A stretch of DNA of 63,898 nt, the filler included, from Reclinomonas americana ATCC 50394 (Eukaryota), in the NCBI GenBank assembly GCA_048213135.1. It is 5 parts of 3 records of this genome, joined end to end, with 100 filler letters (N's around TTAATTAATTAA, not from the genome) between each part and the next. Parts side by side here need not be neighbours in the genome. Positions count along the whole stretch, not along the records: positions 26,042 to 42,476 come from PS015359.1; 4 more parts are not named here. One strand, written 5' to 3'. The notes under the pieces are model-generated. The model worked only from the letters and a program-made list of their open reading frames with translations, ran no database searches and was not told the origin of the DNA. Both the position numbers and the translations under genes were made by a program. Below, in pieces: positions 29,088 to 39,739 of this stretch. Each line of letters starts with the position of its first letter. Positions within the stretch are counted from its first letter, which is position 1.

Positions 29088-30074
29088 ATGCATGATACAT
29101 CCCGGACGGCCGGTGCGGTTCTCGAAGCGGAGGAGCTCTCGCTGTTCCTGCGGGCGGGACACGGCGCCCAGCTGAAGATCGTCGACGGCGTCAGCTTTTC
29201 GATCGCACGGGGCGAATTCTACGCGCTCGTGGGCGAAAGCGGCTCGGGCAAGACCGTGATTGCCCGCTCGCTGATGCGGCTCTTCCCGCCGAACACGCTG
29301 CGCATGGAAGGTCGTCTCGTTCTGGACGGCGTCGACCTGACTACGGCGCCTGCGAACCGCGTGCAGCAGATGCGGGGCCGCAGCGTCAGCATGATCTTCC
29401 AGGAGCCGATGACGTCGCTCAACCCGTTGATGACGGTGGAGCGGCAGATCGACGAGGCGATCGCCGTCGCAGGCGGACTGGGCAGGCGCGAACGTCGCGA
29501 GCGGGTCGTCGAGCTGCTGGCGGACGTCCAGTTCGCGAATCCCGAAAGCGTGAGGGGCATGTATCCCCACGAGCTCAGCGGCGGCATGCGGCAGCGCGCG
29601 ATGATCGCGATGGCGCTCGCCAACAATCCCTCCCTGCTGATCGCCGACGAACCGACGACCGCCCTCGACGTGACGATCCAGCAGGAGATCCTGCAGTTGC
29701 TGCTGCGGCTGCGCGATCAGCACGGGCTGTCGATCCTGTTCATCTCGCACGATCTTTCGCTGGTGCGCCGCTTCGCCGATCGCATCGGCGTCCTCTATGG
29801 CGGGGTGCTCATGGAAACGGGCCCGGCGCATGGGCTGATCGATCACCCGACGCATCCCTATTCGCGCGCATTGATCGGCTGCATCCCGCGCCGGCGCGAA
29901 GCCGGCAGACGGCAGGCCGGCATCGAAGGTCTGGTGCCGGGCGTCGCCGACTGGTTCGACGGCTGCCGTTTTGCCCCGCGCTGCCCGCGCGTGGGCGAGG
30001 ATTGCCGGCACGGCCGGATCGAGATGACATCCACCCGGCCCGCCCAGACCGCGCGATGCCTGTATCCGCTATGA
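29088..30074 (+). CDS. Dpp/Opp ABC ATPase D
   Basis: GESGSGKT, YPHELSGGMRQR, ADEPTTALD, C-terminal GCRFAPRC. Confidence 0.93.
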   Translation: MHDTSRTAGAVLEAEELSLFLRAGHGAQLKIVDGVSFSIARGEFYALVGESGSGKTVIARSLMRLFPPNTLRMEGRLVLDGVDLTTAPANRVQQMRGRSVSMIFQEPMTSLNPLMTVERQIDEAIAVAGGLGRRERRERVVELLADVQFANPESVRGMYPHELSGGMRQRAMIAMALANNPSLLIADEPTTALDVTIQQEILQLLLRLRDQHGLSILFISHDLSLVRRFADRIGVLYGGVLMETGPAHGLIDHPTHPYSRALIGCIPRRREAGRRQAGIEGLVPGVADWFDGCRFAPRCPRVGEDCRHGRIEMTSTRPAQTARCLYPL

Positions 30075-30874
30075 CAGTCCCTTCGGCCCCCGTCCTGCGC
30101 GCCGAGCATATCGGCAAGACCTACCAGGGGCGCAGCAGGCTGTTCGCCCAGGGGACCGGCGTCACGGCTCTCACCGACGTCTCCTTCGAAGTGCGACCGG
30201 GAGAGATCCTCGGCATCGTCGGGGAATCGGGCTGCGGGAAATCGACCCTGGCGCGCATCATCGTCGGGCTGGAACAGGCGAGCGTCGGCCGCCTCGTCAC
30301 AGGCGACGCCACGCTCGTCGACGTGGCCGAGGGCGTCTTCGTTCCGCCGGCGGCGCGGCGCATCCAGATGGTGTTCCAGGACCCGTATTCGTCGCTCAAC
30401 CCGAGGATGAAGGTGGGCGATGTCGTCAGCGAGGGACTGAGGATCGCCGGCGAGACGAATCGAGGACTTCTGGCCGACCGCGTGGCCGAGATGCTGCGGC
30501 TCGTCGGGCTGCCGGCCGAGGCAGCCTCTCGCTATCCGTTCCAGTTCAGCGGCGGCCAGCGGCAGCGGATCGGCATCGCCCGCGCGCTGATCACCGAGCC
30601 GCGCATCCTGATCGCGGACGAAGCAGTTTCCGCGCTCGACGTCTCGGTTCAGATGCAGATCCTGAACCTGCTGCTCGATATCCGGGATCGACTCCGGATT
30701 GCCGTGCTGTTCATCAGCCATGACATCGGGGTCATCGAATATCTTTGCGACAAGGTCATTGTTCTCGCGCAAGGCAAGATAGTCGAATCCGGTGCTGCTG
30801 GCGCGGTAATCTCAGAACCTTCTCATGCCTACACGAAGAAGCTCATCGAGGCCGTGCCCAGAATCCAGGATTGA
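30071..30874 (+). CDS. Dpp/Opp ABC ATPase F
   Basis: GESGCGKS, FSGGQRQR, ADEAVSALD. Confidence 0.92.
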   Translation: MTVPSAPVLRAEHIGKTYQGRSRLFAQGTGVTALTDVSFEVRPGEILGIVGESGCGKSTLARIIVGLEQASVGRLVTGDATLVDVAEGVFVPPAARRIQMVFQDPYSSLNPRMKVGDVVSEGLRIAGETNRGLLADRVAEMLRLVGLPAEAASRYPFQFSGGQRQRIGIARALITEPRILIADEAVSALDVSVQMQILNLLLDIRDRLRIAVLFISHDIGVIEYLCDKVIVLAQGKIVESGAAGAVISEPSHAYTKKLIEAVPRIQD

Positions 30875-30922
30875 ATTGCGTAACACATCGCCAACACATT
30901 GACCCATGTCGGAGGACCGAAG

Positions 30923-32539
30923 ATGATTGACTGCCGAAAGCCTTCGCTTCGAATGGCCGTTCTCGCCGCCGCACTCGCATCGGCCTTTTCGGCATCCGCT
31001 CAGACGGACAATGACACGCTCGTTGTCACGACCACGGACACGTTGGTCACGCGGCATCCCTATGCCGAAAGCAGCGCGCAAATGTATTCTGTATGGTGCC
31101 AAGTCTACGGCTGCCTTGGTCGCTACAACTATGCCGCGCGCAAATTCGAGGGCTTGCTTGCCGAGCGCTGGGAGCAGCTCGACGACCTGACCTGGCGCTT
31201 TCACCTCCGGCGCGATCTCATCCGGCATGATGGCGGCCCCGGCCCGACGACCGCGGACGTCCTGCATTCCTACAATCAGGTCATGACCGATCCGCAAAGC
31301 CAGGGACGCTTCTATCTGTCCAGCGTCAAGGAAATCAGGCGGGTCGACGACCACGCCTTCGATGTCATCACGAAAGAACCCGCCTCGTCTCTGCTCGGCC
31401 AGCTCTTCGACAAGTTCACGATCACGAGCGAGGAGATCTTCAAGAAAGAGGGCGGCGTCGCCAGCTACAACACCGCACCGATCGGCTGGGGCCCCTACAA
31501 GCTCCGCAATTTCGCGATCAGCGAGCGCATCACGCTGGACCGCAACGAGGCTTATCCGGCAAAGGTCGAGACCGCGCCGCGCACGGTCGTCTTCCGCCGT
31601 ATCCAGGAGCCGGACCAGCGCGTCACCGNNNNNNNNNNNNNNNNNNNNACGACCGCGCCGCGCACGGTCGTCTTCCGCCGTACTCCGAGGACGCCGACCA
31701 GCGCGTCCACCCGCCCTCGCTACCGAACGGACGGAACGTCCACATCCGCCCGGCTCATTCCCCCGCAGCTCGTCGGCCGGCTCGACAACGTTCCGGCCGT
31801 GGAGGTGCGGCGCGCGCCTTCCAACGAGCCGATGTTCATCGGTTTCAATGCAAAGATTAAGCCGTGGGACGATCCCCGCGTGCGCCGAGCCGCCGCGATG
31901 GCGATCAACAAGGACATCATCATCCAGCGCATTCTGTTCGGCATGGCCAGTCGGCTCGACGGCCCGGTCGGGACCGAGCAGGTCTGCTACACCGCCCCGA
32001 TTGCGAACAAGACGCCCTACGACGTGCAGGGCGCACGCAAGCTGCTGGCGGAGGCCGGCTACGCCAATGGCGGCCCGGCGGTCGACTTCTACACCGCGGC
32101 TGGACGCTACATTTCCGACCGGCAGGTCGGCGAGGCGATCACCCAGATGTTGAACCAGGCTGGTTTCAAGGTCACGCTGCACACTCCGGAGTTCGCAAGC
32201 CTGTGGGCGAATGTGCGAACCGGGAAAGCGCCGATGTACTATATGGGCCGCGGGCTGGCGCTCGAGCCGTCGGAGTGGCTGTCCCAGTATTTCGAAACGG
32301 GCGTCACGCCGCGCATCAGCTACTCCAATCCGCAGCTCGACGCCCTGTTCGACAGAGAGAGGAAGACCTTCGCCTTCGAAGAGCGCTGCAAGATCATCCG
32401 GGACATCAGCCAGCTCATCGACACCGAGGCGCCAGCCATCTTCCTGTGGAATCACCAATACGTCAGCGGCGTCCGCAAGAGCGTCCGCTTCGTGCCCGAC
32501 GCTTCGGGAGAACTCTGGCTGCCGGATGTCGGCCTATGA
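30923..32539 (+). CDS. Family-5 ABC substrate-binding protein (local mis-assembly at about 31629-31745)
   Basis: Signal peptide, LAERWE, GWGPYKL, DDPRVRRA, ARKLLAEAGY. Confidence 0.85.
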   Translation: MIDCRKPSLRMAVLAAALASAFSASAQTDNDTLVVTTTDTLVTRHPYAESSAQMYSVWCQVYGCLGRYNYAARKFEGLLAERWEQLDDLTWRFHLRRDLIRHDGGPGPTTADVLHSYNQVMTDPQSQGRFYLSSVKEIRRVDDHAFDVITKEPASSLLGQLFDKFTITSEEIFKKEGGVASYNTAPIGWGPYKLRNFAISERITLDRNEAYPAKVETAPRTVVFRRIQEPDQRVTXXXXXXXTTAPRTVVFRRTPRTPTSASTRPRYRTDGTSTSARLIPPQLVGRLDNVPAVEVRRAPSNEPMFIGFNAKIKPWDDPRVRRAAAMAINKDIIIQRILFGMASRLDGPVGTEQVCYTAPIANKTPYDVQGARKLLAEAGYANGGPAVDFYTAAGRYISDRQVGEAITQMLNQAGFKVTLHTPEFASLWANVRTGKAPMYYMGRGLALEPSEWLSQYFETGVTPRISYSNPQLDALFDRERKTFAFEERCKIIRDISQLIDTEAPAIFLWNHQYVSGVRKSVRFVPDASGELWLPDVGL

Positions 32540-32583
32540 GACGCCCCGATACGTTCCAATTGCACTACAAGGATTGTGAGCTC

Positions 32584-34119
32584 ATGAACGAGGATCTCAT
32601 CCGGAAGCCGTCACGGCGGACCGTATTGCAGGTGGCCGCCACCTCTCTGCTGGCCTCGTCGGCCCTGCCCAGGCCCGGCGCGGCGCAGACCAGGGCGTTG
32701 ACGATCACGACGACCGGCATCCTGAACAATGCGAATCCGTACGCGCATTCCAGCATTCATCTCTATTACATCTGGAGCCAGGTCTACGGCAGCCTGGGTC
32801 GCTACAATTACGGCCGCAAGGCCTATGAGGGCGTGCTCGCCGAGAGCTGGGAGGTCGTGGAGCCGACGCGCTGGCGGTTCAGGCTGCGCAGCGATCTCAA
32901 ACGCCATGATGGCGGCCCCGGCCCGACGGCACGGGACGTCGTGCATTCGTGGCGGCGCATCCTCAGCGACGCTGCCAGCCAGCAGGCGTTCTATCTGACC
33001 GAAGTCGAGAAATTCGAGGCGGTGGACGATCGCACGGTGGATATCGTGACGAAGCGGCCGGTTGCGCAGCTTCTCTCGTTCCTTTTCGACCGCTTCGTCG
33101 TGACGAGCGCGGACCTCTACGAGAAACATGGTGGCGATGCCGACAAGATCGCGGCCTTCGGCTGGGGACCCTACAAGCTGGAGCGCTTCGACATCGACCG
33201 CAGCGTCATCGTGGCCCGCAATCCCTTCTGGCCGAACATGCCCGCGGCAGCGCCCGAGACGGTGGTTTACCGGCTGATCCTCGAGCCCGAGCAGCGTGTG
33301 ACGGCGCTGCTCAACAACGAGGTCCAGATCGCCCGGCTGATCCCCCCGCAACTGGTCGATCGCTTGAAGTCCAATAGCGGCGTCAGGCAAATCGAGACCG
33401 GCTCGCTGGAGTGGATGTTCCTCGGGGTGAACACCGCCATAAAGCCTTTCGACGACCCGCGCGTGCGGCGGGCCGTCGCCCATGCGATCGACGCCGACCT
33501 GATCATCAAGCGGCTCCTGTTCGGCCTCGCCGACCGCATGCAGGGCGCCATCGGCAATTTCCAGGACTGTTTCGGCCCCAGCGCGAACCGCCCGGCCTAC
33601 GATCCGGGCCGGGCCAAGGCGCTGCTGGCGGAGGCGGGCTTCCCGAACGGTTTCGACGTCGAATTCTCGACGGCAAACGGGCGTTACGTCTCCGATCGTC
33701 AGATCGGCGAAGCGCTTGCGCAGATGCTGCGTCAGGTCGGCATCAGGGCCAAGCTGAACACCCCGGATTACGCCAACTTCACCAATGATATCCGGCAGGG
33801 CAAGCTGCCGCTCTACTATACCGGCCGGGCTGCGAGCAACGACCAGATCGAGGCGCTGGCGCAGTACTTCGAGACGGGCGGCTCGCGGCGAACCAACTAT
33901 TCCGACCCGGAGGCGGACCGCCTGTTCAAGGACGTCCGCTCGGCCTTCGACGTCGAGAAGCAGTGCGCGCTCCAGCGGACGCTGAGCGACAAGCTCTCGC
34001 AGGACTCGCCCGTCGTCTTCCTCTGGACACACCGCCTGGTGAACGGCGTGCGCACCAATGTCGATTGGCCGGCCGACGCGACCGGCGAGCCGTGGCTGAC
34101 CGACATATCAGTCCGTTAG
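32584..34119 (+). CDS. Family-5 ABC substrate-binding protein with Tat signal
   Basis: SRRTVLQ twin-arginine motif; paralogous to the preceding SBP (shared RHDGGPGPT). Confidence 0.9.
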   Translation: MNEDLIRKPSRRTVLQVAATSLLASSALPRPGAAQTRALTITTTGILNNANPYAHSSIHLYYIWSQVYGSLGRYNYGRKAYEGVLAESWEVVEPTRWRFRLRSDLKRHDGGPGPTARDVVHSWRRILSDAASQQAFYLTEVEKFEAVDDRTVDIVTKRPVAQLLSFLFDRFVVTSADLYEKHGGDADKIAAFGWGPYKLERFDIDRSVIVARNPFWPNMPAAAPETVVYRLILEPEQRVTALLNNEVQIARLIPPQLVDRLKSNSGVRQIETGSLEWMFLGVNTAIKPFDDPRVRRAVAHAIDADLIIKRLLFGLADRMQGAIGNFQDCFGPSANRPAYDPGRAKALLAEAGFPNGFDVEFSTANGRYVSDRQIGEALAQMLRQVGIRAKLNTPDYANFTNDIRQGKLPLYYTGRAASNDQIEALAQYFETGGSRRTNYSDPEADRLFKDVRSAFDVEKQCALQRTLSDKLSQDSPVVFLWTHRLVNGVRTNVDWPADATGEPWLTDISVR

Positions 34120-34227
34120 TGGGCCTTCACCGTATCCGGCGCCACGCTTGCGGCCTGATCCGCAGCGTTTCGCGGCACGCAGACCATACCATCCGGCCGA
34201 TGAAGCCGGCACGCGATCGAGGACCTG

Positions 34228-35631
34228 ATGAGCAACAGACAAAGCGCGCTCGAACGCGCGCGAGGCTATATCGACGACGGCAGCTTCCTGCAGCGCCTGA
34301 CGCGGCTGGTGGCCTATCAGACGGAAAGCTACCCCCCCGGCCGCAAGAAGGAATTGGAGCACTACTGCGCCGAGGGCCTCGGGCCGATCGTCTCAACGCT
34401 CGGCTTCGAAACCGAAATCCTGCCGAACCCTCTCGACGAGCATGGGCCTGTCCTGATCGCCTCTCGTCACGAGGGCGCCGGTCTGCCGACGCTGCTGATC
34501 TACGGGCACGGCGACGTCGTGAGAGCGATGCCCGAGCGCTGGAGATCGGATCTGGATCCGTGGATCCTCAAGGTCGAGGGCGATCGCGTCTACGGCCGCG
34601 GCGTCGTGGACAACAAGGGGCAGCACCTTCTGGCGATCGAGGCGCTGCGCGCTGTTCTGGAGGAACGGGGATCGCTCGGCTTCAATGTGAAGATATTCGT
34701 CGAGACCGGCGAGGAAGCGGGCTCCCCGGGGTTGAAGCGCTTCCTGGAACTTCACCGGGAGCGCTGCGCGGCCGACGTTTTCATCGGGCTCGACGGTCCC
34801 CGTCAAAGCATGTCGGTGCCGGATATCACGCTCGGAACGCGCGGCGGGCTGGCGCTGGACCTCGTCGTCAACCTGCGGGAGGGCTCGCACCATTCGGGAC
34901 ACTGGGGCGGACTGCTCAAGGATCCGACCGTCATCCTGGCCCATGCGATCTCGGCCATCATCTCGCGGGACGGCCGCATTCTGGTGCCCGGCTGGACGCC
35001 TGCCTCGGTGCCCGCTTCGGTGACTCAGGCCAGCCGGGCGGTCGTGATCGACGACGCGCCGGGTGCGCTGAAGCCGGACGAGGGATGGGGCGAGCCCGGC
35101 CTGACCCGTCCGGAGAAGATCTATGCATGGAGCAGCGCGATCGTGCTGGCTTCCATCAGCGGACAGCCTGAGGCTCCCGTTCCCGCCGTTCCCGGCTTCG
35201 CCAAAGCGCGCATACAGTTGCGGCACACCGTCGACGTCGCCGCCGAGGATGTGGCGCCTGCGTTGCGGCGACACCTGGACAAGCTGGGCTTTACGGAGGT
35301 CGAGGTCGTCCCGGTGGTCGAGCGCGACATGTTCCCGCCCTCGAGAACCGACCCGGAAGACGTCTGGGTACGCCGGATCGCGGATTCCATGACGGAGACG
35401 GTCGGGCATGCCCCGAACATTATCCCGAACATCGGCGCCTCCGGCCCGTCCGAATTCTTCCGGAAGACGCTGGGCGTCCCCGTCCTGTGGATCCCGCATT
35501 CCTATGGCGGCTGCGGCCAGCACGGGCCCGACGAGCATGGCCTGATTCCGCTTTTCCGGGACGGTCTTGGCATCATGGCCGGGGTGTTCTGGGACATCGG
35601 TCTCAGCCCCGCTGCACGCGCGGAGGCCTGA
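34228..35631 (+). CDS. M20 family metallopeptidase
   Basis: YGHGDV, GRGVVDNKGQH, GEEAGS, HSGHWGG, QHGPDEH. Confidence 0.92.
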   Translation: MSNRQSALERARGYIDDGSFLQRLTRLVAYQTESYPPGRKKELEHYCAEGLGPIVSTLGFETEILPNPLDEHGPVLIASRHEGAGLPTLLIYGHGDVVRAMPERWRSDLDPWILKVEGDRVYGRGVVDNKGQHLLAIEALRAVLEERGSLGFNVKIFVETGEEAGSPGLKRFLELHRERCAADVFIGLDGPRQSMSVPDITLGTRGGLALDLVVNLREGSHHSGHWGGLLKDPTVILAHAISAIISRDGRILVPGWTPASVPASVTQASRAVVIDDAPGALKPDEGWGEPGLTRPEKIYAWSSAIVLASISGQPEAPVPAVPGFAKARIQLRHTVDVAAEDVAPALRRHLDKLGFTEVEVVPVVERDMFPPSRTDPEDVWVRRIADSMTETVGHAPNIIPNIGASGPSEFFRKTLGVPVLWIPHSYGGCGQHGPDEHGLIPLFRDGLGIMAGVFWDIGLSPAARAEA

Positions 35632-35686
35632 TGGTCTTCGCTGTGATCGCAGACAGACTGACGATTGCCTCAGGTCGGCTTTGAGA

Positions 35687-35792
35687 CTAGATCGTCTTCG
35701 AGCGAAGTGGAATCCGGTTCGCTCGAAGACAATATGCTTGAACAACAAGCTAGTGCAATTCCGAAATTCGGATGATTGCGGAACTGCTCCAG
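35687..35792. repeat. RIME/Bru-RS-like palindromic intergenic element
   Basis: CTAG...TCTTCGAGCGAA-GTGGAATCCGG-TTCGCTCGAAGA hairpin plus a second imperfect hairpin; resembles rhizobial ~105-bp repeats. Confidence 0.65.
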
Positions 35793-35859
35793 CTGGAAAA
35801 AGCTGCCGCACATGATTGAGATGGCATTGCATCACCGCGCGCCCGAGGCTGGAGCCGAC

Positions 35860-36567
35860 ATGCCGCAACCGTCTTCGCTCAAGGTCGTGCAGGATACCCT
35901 CAGCCTGCGCGATCGGACCACGGCAGTCCTACGCAATGCTATCCTGACGATGCGGTTCAAGCCCGGTCAGCGCATCGTCGAGCGGCAGCTCTGCGTCGAG
36001 ACGGGGGTCAGCAGAACCTGCATTCGCGAATCGATGCGGCATCTTGAGGCGGAGGGTCTCGTAAGGCGCGAGCACAACAAAGGCATCTTTGTATCGAGCA
36101 TCACGCCGACGGAGGCGGCCGAGATTTACGAGGTGCGCAAGATCCTCGAGCCGAAGATGATGGAAAAGATGATCGGCAACATCGACCCGCTGTTCGTTCA
36201 AACCATGAACACTGCGCTGCGGCGAGCTGAATCGTGCATAAAGCTGCCAATGGAATACGTTGCAGTGATCGGAGATGTCATTAAAATTCTCTGGAGCGGC
36301 TACAACAATGATACTGCAAAGAACCTCCTGAGCTCAATTTTTGACCGGATTTCCTACATCCGGATCATTCTAAGTTTTTCAACGACCGCCGAGCAGAAGA
36401 TTGAGACTATTAAGATTCTCGAAGGTGTAATTGATGCCATCGGCCGGCGCGATACTGTTGCCGCACAGGAACGGTACATTCATTATCTCTCTCGTGCGCA
36501 GGATACAGTGATCCAAATCATCGAATCGAATACCGAGGCTGACACCTTATGGCCTGCCGTCGGCTGA
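35860..36567 (+). CDS. GntR family regulator
   Basis: FKPGQRIVERQLCVETGVSRTCIRESMRHLEAEGLV, EIYEVRKILE. Confidence 0.9.
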   Translation: MPQPSSLKVVQDTLSLRDRTTAVLRNAILTMRFKPGQRIVERQLCVETGVSRTCIRESMRHLEAEGLVRREHNKGIFVSSITPTEAAEIYEVRKILEPKMMEKMIGNIDPLFVQTMNTALRRAESCIKLPMEYVAVIGDVIKILWSGYNNDTAKNLLSSIFDRISYIRIILSFSTTAEQKIETIKILEGVIDAIGRRDTVAAQERYIHYLSRAQDTVIQIIESNTEADTLWPAVG

Positions 36568-36827
36568 ATCTTGAAGAAGCGGTCGAACTTTTTTCCAGTT
36601 CCGGGGGCACGGGCGGAGCGCGCAGTGGCAGGACCTAGCCGGCCAGATGCCTTGCCTGCTCCGATTCTTCGGATGAATCACATTGACGTCAGGCAAAATA
36701 GCTTTATTGAGAACAGTTCTTTACATATGTTTCCGTCAGTTCTAAGATACAGTATTTAACACTGAAATAATCTGATCTATTTTTTCATTTTGTTTTAAGA
36801 GTCGCGGTGCTCGCTCGTTAAATTCGT

Positions 36828-37100
36828 TCACACATTGTTCAATCGTCGATCTTGAGGTCCGCGCCTTTTCTCTGAGCTATACATAGCGACACGCAAATCA
36901 CTCTCGCTTTCTACGGGGCGGGAAAGGCCGGCTCTTTCCAACTGGTTCACCGCACTCACGACGGATGGGCCGACCGCCTTGACCAGCGACCAAGCACGAT
37001 CTGCGAAATGCCGCCCTGAAGATACAGCGCCCATAGATAGGGCCACATTCCTATAATGCGCCTTGCTCCGCGAGCAGCTCCTTGATCTGGTCCCAGGCGC
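36828..37100 (-). pseudogene. Probable MarR regulator relic
   Basis: GPSVVSAVNQLERAGLSRPVESESDLR resembles a MarR wing; degraded, boundaries approximate. Confidence 0.4.
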
Positions 37101-37561
37101 GCCGATTGATGGTCTGAACGAGAAGCCGACGTTCCAAGCTCCGGAATAGAACGAGTATCTGCCCTCGTCATCCAGCCTCGTCCGGCGCTCCCTGCCGGGA
37201 CTTACCCAAAGCCCGGCCCCGTTCTTCTTCATCATCTGTCGTCCTCTCGCCGCCGCCGAATCCGGTTCGCGTATCTACCAAGCTATTCGGAACATTCAGC
37301 TTTATTGAAGCCCGGCGCCGAGGTCTCCTCATCTGAAACCGAAACGGCGGCCTCGTGCCAAAACGCTGGAGCAGCATGGTTGACAATGCTCCATTCGCCA
37401 ATAACTTAGCTAGTATAGCTAAGTTATTGGCCCTCGGCGCGAAATGTAGGATGGATAGGTCCTGCGCCGCCAATCGGCCCAGCCCCTGGCTTTCACACAG
37501 CGCTGAATACGCGCCTCGTTGAACGATTGTAATTGAAACAAGAATTGATCGGGAGGAGCGC

Positions 37562-38881
37562 ATGAAAAAATTAATATCCGCCGCTATCGGATCAGTTCTA
37601 TGGCTTGGCCTGACTGCGACAGGCGTCACTTCTCAGGAGAATAGGACATACTTTGCACTCGGACCGGCGCGTGCGGTCTACGCCACTCCTGCAAGTTCGG
37701 CCAGGATTGCCTTTCTCGTCATCCATCGAACGGCCGATTTCACCACCCATATCGCGTGCCAGGAGTTGCCGAAGCGCGGCTTCGCGGCGCTGTGCATGAG
37801 CACCCGCTTCACGAACAATGAATTCCAGGTGGATTGGGACCGCGTCGCCCTCGACGTGAAAGCAGGAGTCGAGTTCCTGAGGAAACAGGCCGGGATCGAG
37901 AAAGTCATCCTCTTCGGCCACAGCGGCGGCGGGCCGACCACGAGTTTCTTCCAGGCGGTCGCGGAAAACGGACTCGCCTTCTGTCAAGATCCCAAGAAGA
38001 TCCTACCATGTCGCGACGACCTCGCCGGTCTGCCGAAAGCCGATGCGCTTGTTCTCGCAGACGCGCATCCAGGCGTGCCGGTCATCCTCCTGCGCAGCCT
38101 GAACGGCTCCGTGATAGACGAAACGCCCGGCCGATTCGACCCTGCGCTCGATCCGTATAATCCCGCCAACGGCTATAGCCCTGCCGGATCATCCTCTTAT
38201 TCGGAAGACTTTCAGAAGCGCTATTTCGCGGCGCAATCGGCGCGCATGAATGCGCTCATCGAGTCGGCACGATCGCGGCTCAAGGCCATCCGGGAGGCGC
38301 GCGGTCCTTATCCGGACAACGACCTTTTTGCGATTCCGCATGGCGGCAATCCCGGTGCGGGCCCTGGTGGCGCATCCCAGCTCCACAGCCTCGACACATC
38401 GATCGCTTTACGGAAAACCCGCGAGCCGCAGAAGCTGCTGCGCAATGACGGTTCGATCGTGAGAGAGATCGTCACCTCGGTGAGTCCTCCCGAGCTTGAA
38501 ACCAAGGACTCGACGATGCGCTTCAATACCGGCACGAAGATACTGTCCTTGCAGTCCTTCCTGGGCACGCAAGCTGTCCGTTCCAGCAATTCCCTGGATG
38601 GCATCGATCACTGCAGCAGCAACAATTCCACTGTCTGTGCCGTTCGATCGATCCGTGTGCCATTGCTGATCGCCGGCATGGGAGGGTACCTCTTCATTCG
38701 TGATTCCGAAGAGGAATACGAGAATGCCGCGAGCGTCGATAAGGACCTTATCTTTATCGAAGGCGCTACGCATGGCTTCACCCCATGCGTAACCTGCGCG
38801 AGCACTCCCAATGCCTACGGCAACAGCCTGCGCAATTTCTTCGATTATGTAAAGAAATGGGTCGACGACCGGAAATTTTAA
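37562..38881 (+). CDS. Secreted alpha/beta hydrolase
   Basis: Signal peptide, GHSGGG nucleophile elbow, IEGATHG. Confidence 0.85.
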   Translation: MKKLISAAIGSVLWLGLTATGVTSQENRTYFALGPARAVYATPASSARIAFLVIHRTADFTTHIACQELPKRGFAALCMSTRFTNNEFQVDWDRVALDVKAGVEFLRKQAGIEKVILFGHSGGGPTTSFFQAVAENGLAFCQDPKKILPCRDDLAGLPKADALVLADAHPGVPVILLRSLNGSVIDETPGRFDPALDPYNPANGYSPAGSSSYSEDFQKRYFAAQSARMNALIESARSRLKAIREARGPYPDNDLFAIPHGGNPGAGPGGASQLHSLDTSIALRKTREPQKLLRNDGSIVREIVTSVSPPELETKDSTMRFNTGTKILSLQSFLGTQAVRSSNSLDGIDHCSSNNSTVCAVRSIRVPLLIAGMGGYLFIRDSEEEYENAASVDKDLIFIEGATHGFTPCVTCASTPNAYGNSLRNFFDYVKKWVDDRKF

Positions 38882-38998
38882 ATAGCAGGAAAACTTATGG
38901 CTGAAGCAATTCTTCCGCTGGGGCGCTGCAGAACGGCCCCGCCCGGCGGTCGAAGAATGAAGCGTCGGGGAAAGAGCGTTTCGTGACGGGTCCGCGTC

Positions 38999-39739
38999 TC
39001 AAGCCGCGCCATGGCGAAGGCGTTTGTCGACAGCCAGCAGCGCCATGCTCGCCGTGATCGCGAAGGCCACGATCAGGAGCGTCAGGGCCATGATCACGTC
39101 CGTGTCGTGCAGCCCGATGGCTTGCATGAGAAGAAACCCGATGCCGCGCTGGGACGCGAACATCTCGCCGAGCAAGGTGCCGATCAGCGTCAGGGAGAAA
39201 CCCAGCCGTAGCCCGGTGAAGATCTCCGGCCGGGCCGCGGGCAGGAGCACCGTCCACGCGCTTTGCCAGCGGTTCAGGCGCAATGCGCGGGACGTCCGGC
39301 CGAGCACCGGGGGAAGGTTGCGCAAGGCGCCGAGGGTGAAGATCGCGATCGGCATGATCCCGTGGATCGCGCCGAACGCGATCTTGGAAGGCATCCCGAT
39401 GCCGAAGATCAGCAGGACGATGGGGTAGAGGGTGATCTTCGGCAGGGAGTAGAAGGATACCAGCAAGGGCTCTCCCACCTCCCCGGCGAGCCGGCTCATG
39501 CCGAGGCAGAATCCGAGGCCGACCCCGACGACCACGGCGATGCCGAGCGCGAGGGCGAAGGCCCGCATCGTCTCGGCCAGATGGGCCGTGAAGCCCTCCG
39601 AGGCGATCAGGGCGGCCGCCTTGCACAGCGTGTCGAGCGGAGGCCGCAGGGCCAGGTCCCCGATCGCCCAATAGGCCAGCTGCCAGAGCGCGATCAGTGC
39701 GAGGATGACGAGGAGGTTGTTCCTGGCGCTCGTCATCAC
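38999..39739 (-). CDS. Nitrate/sulfonate-type ABC permease
   Basis: SLPKITLYP, VLLPAARPEIFTGLRLG, GEMFASQRGIG. Confidence 0.88.
   Translation of the reverse strand: MMTSARNNLLVILALIALWQLAYWAIGDLALRPPLDTLCKAAALIASEGFTAHLAETMRAFALALGIAVVVGVGLGFCLGMSRLAGEVGEPLLVSFYSLPKITLYPIVLLIFGIGMPSKIAFGAIHGIMPIAIFTLGALRNLPPVLGRTSRALRLNRWQSAWTVLLPAARPEIFTGLRLGFSLTLIGTLLGEMFASQRGIGFLLMQAIGLHDTDVIMALTLLIVAFAITASMALLAVDKRLRHGAA

Noticed and set aside
31570..31745. Internal duplication in the first SBP gene
   Set aside because: The copies flank a 20-N gap, and the second degrades into an error-ridden version of the expected sequence, i.e. a low-quality contig end.
29013..35868. Long antisense ORFs over the ABC and M20 genes
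   Set aside because: Shadow frames expected from high-GC codon bias; they contain no protein motifs.
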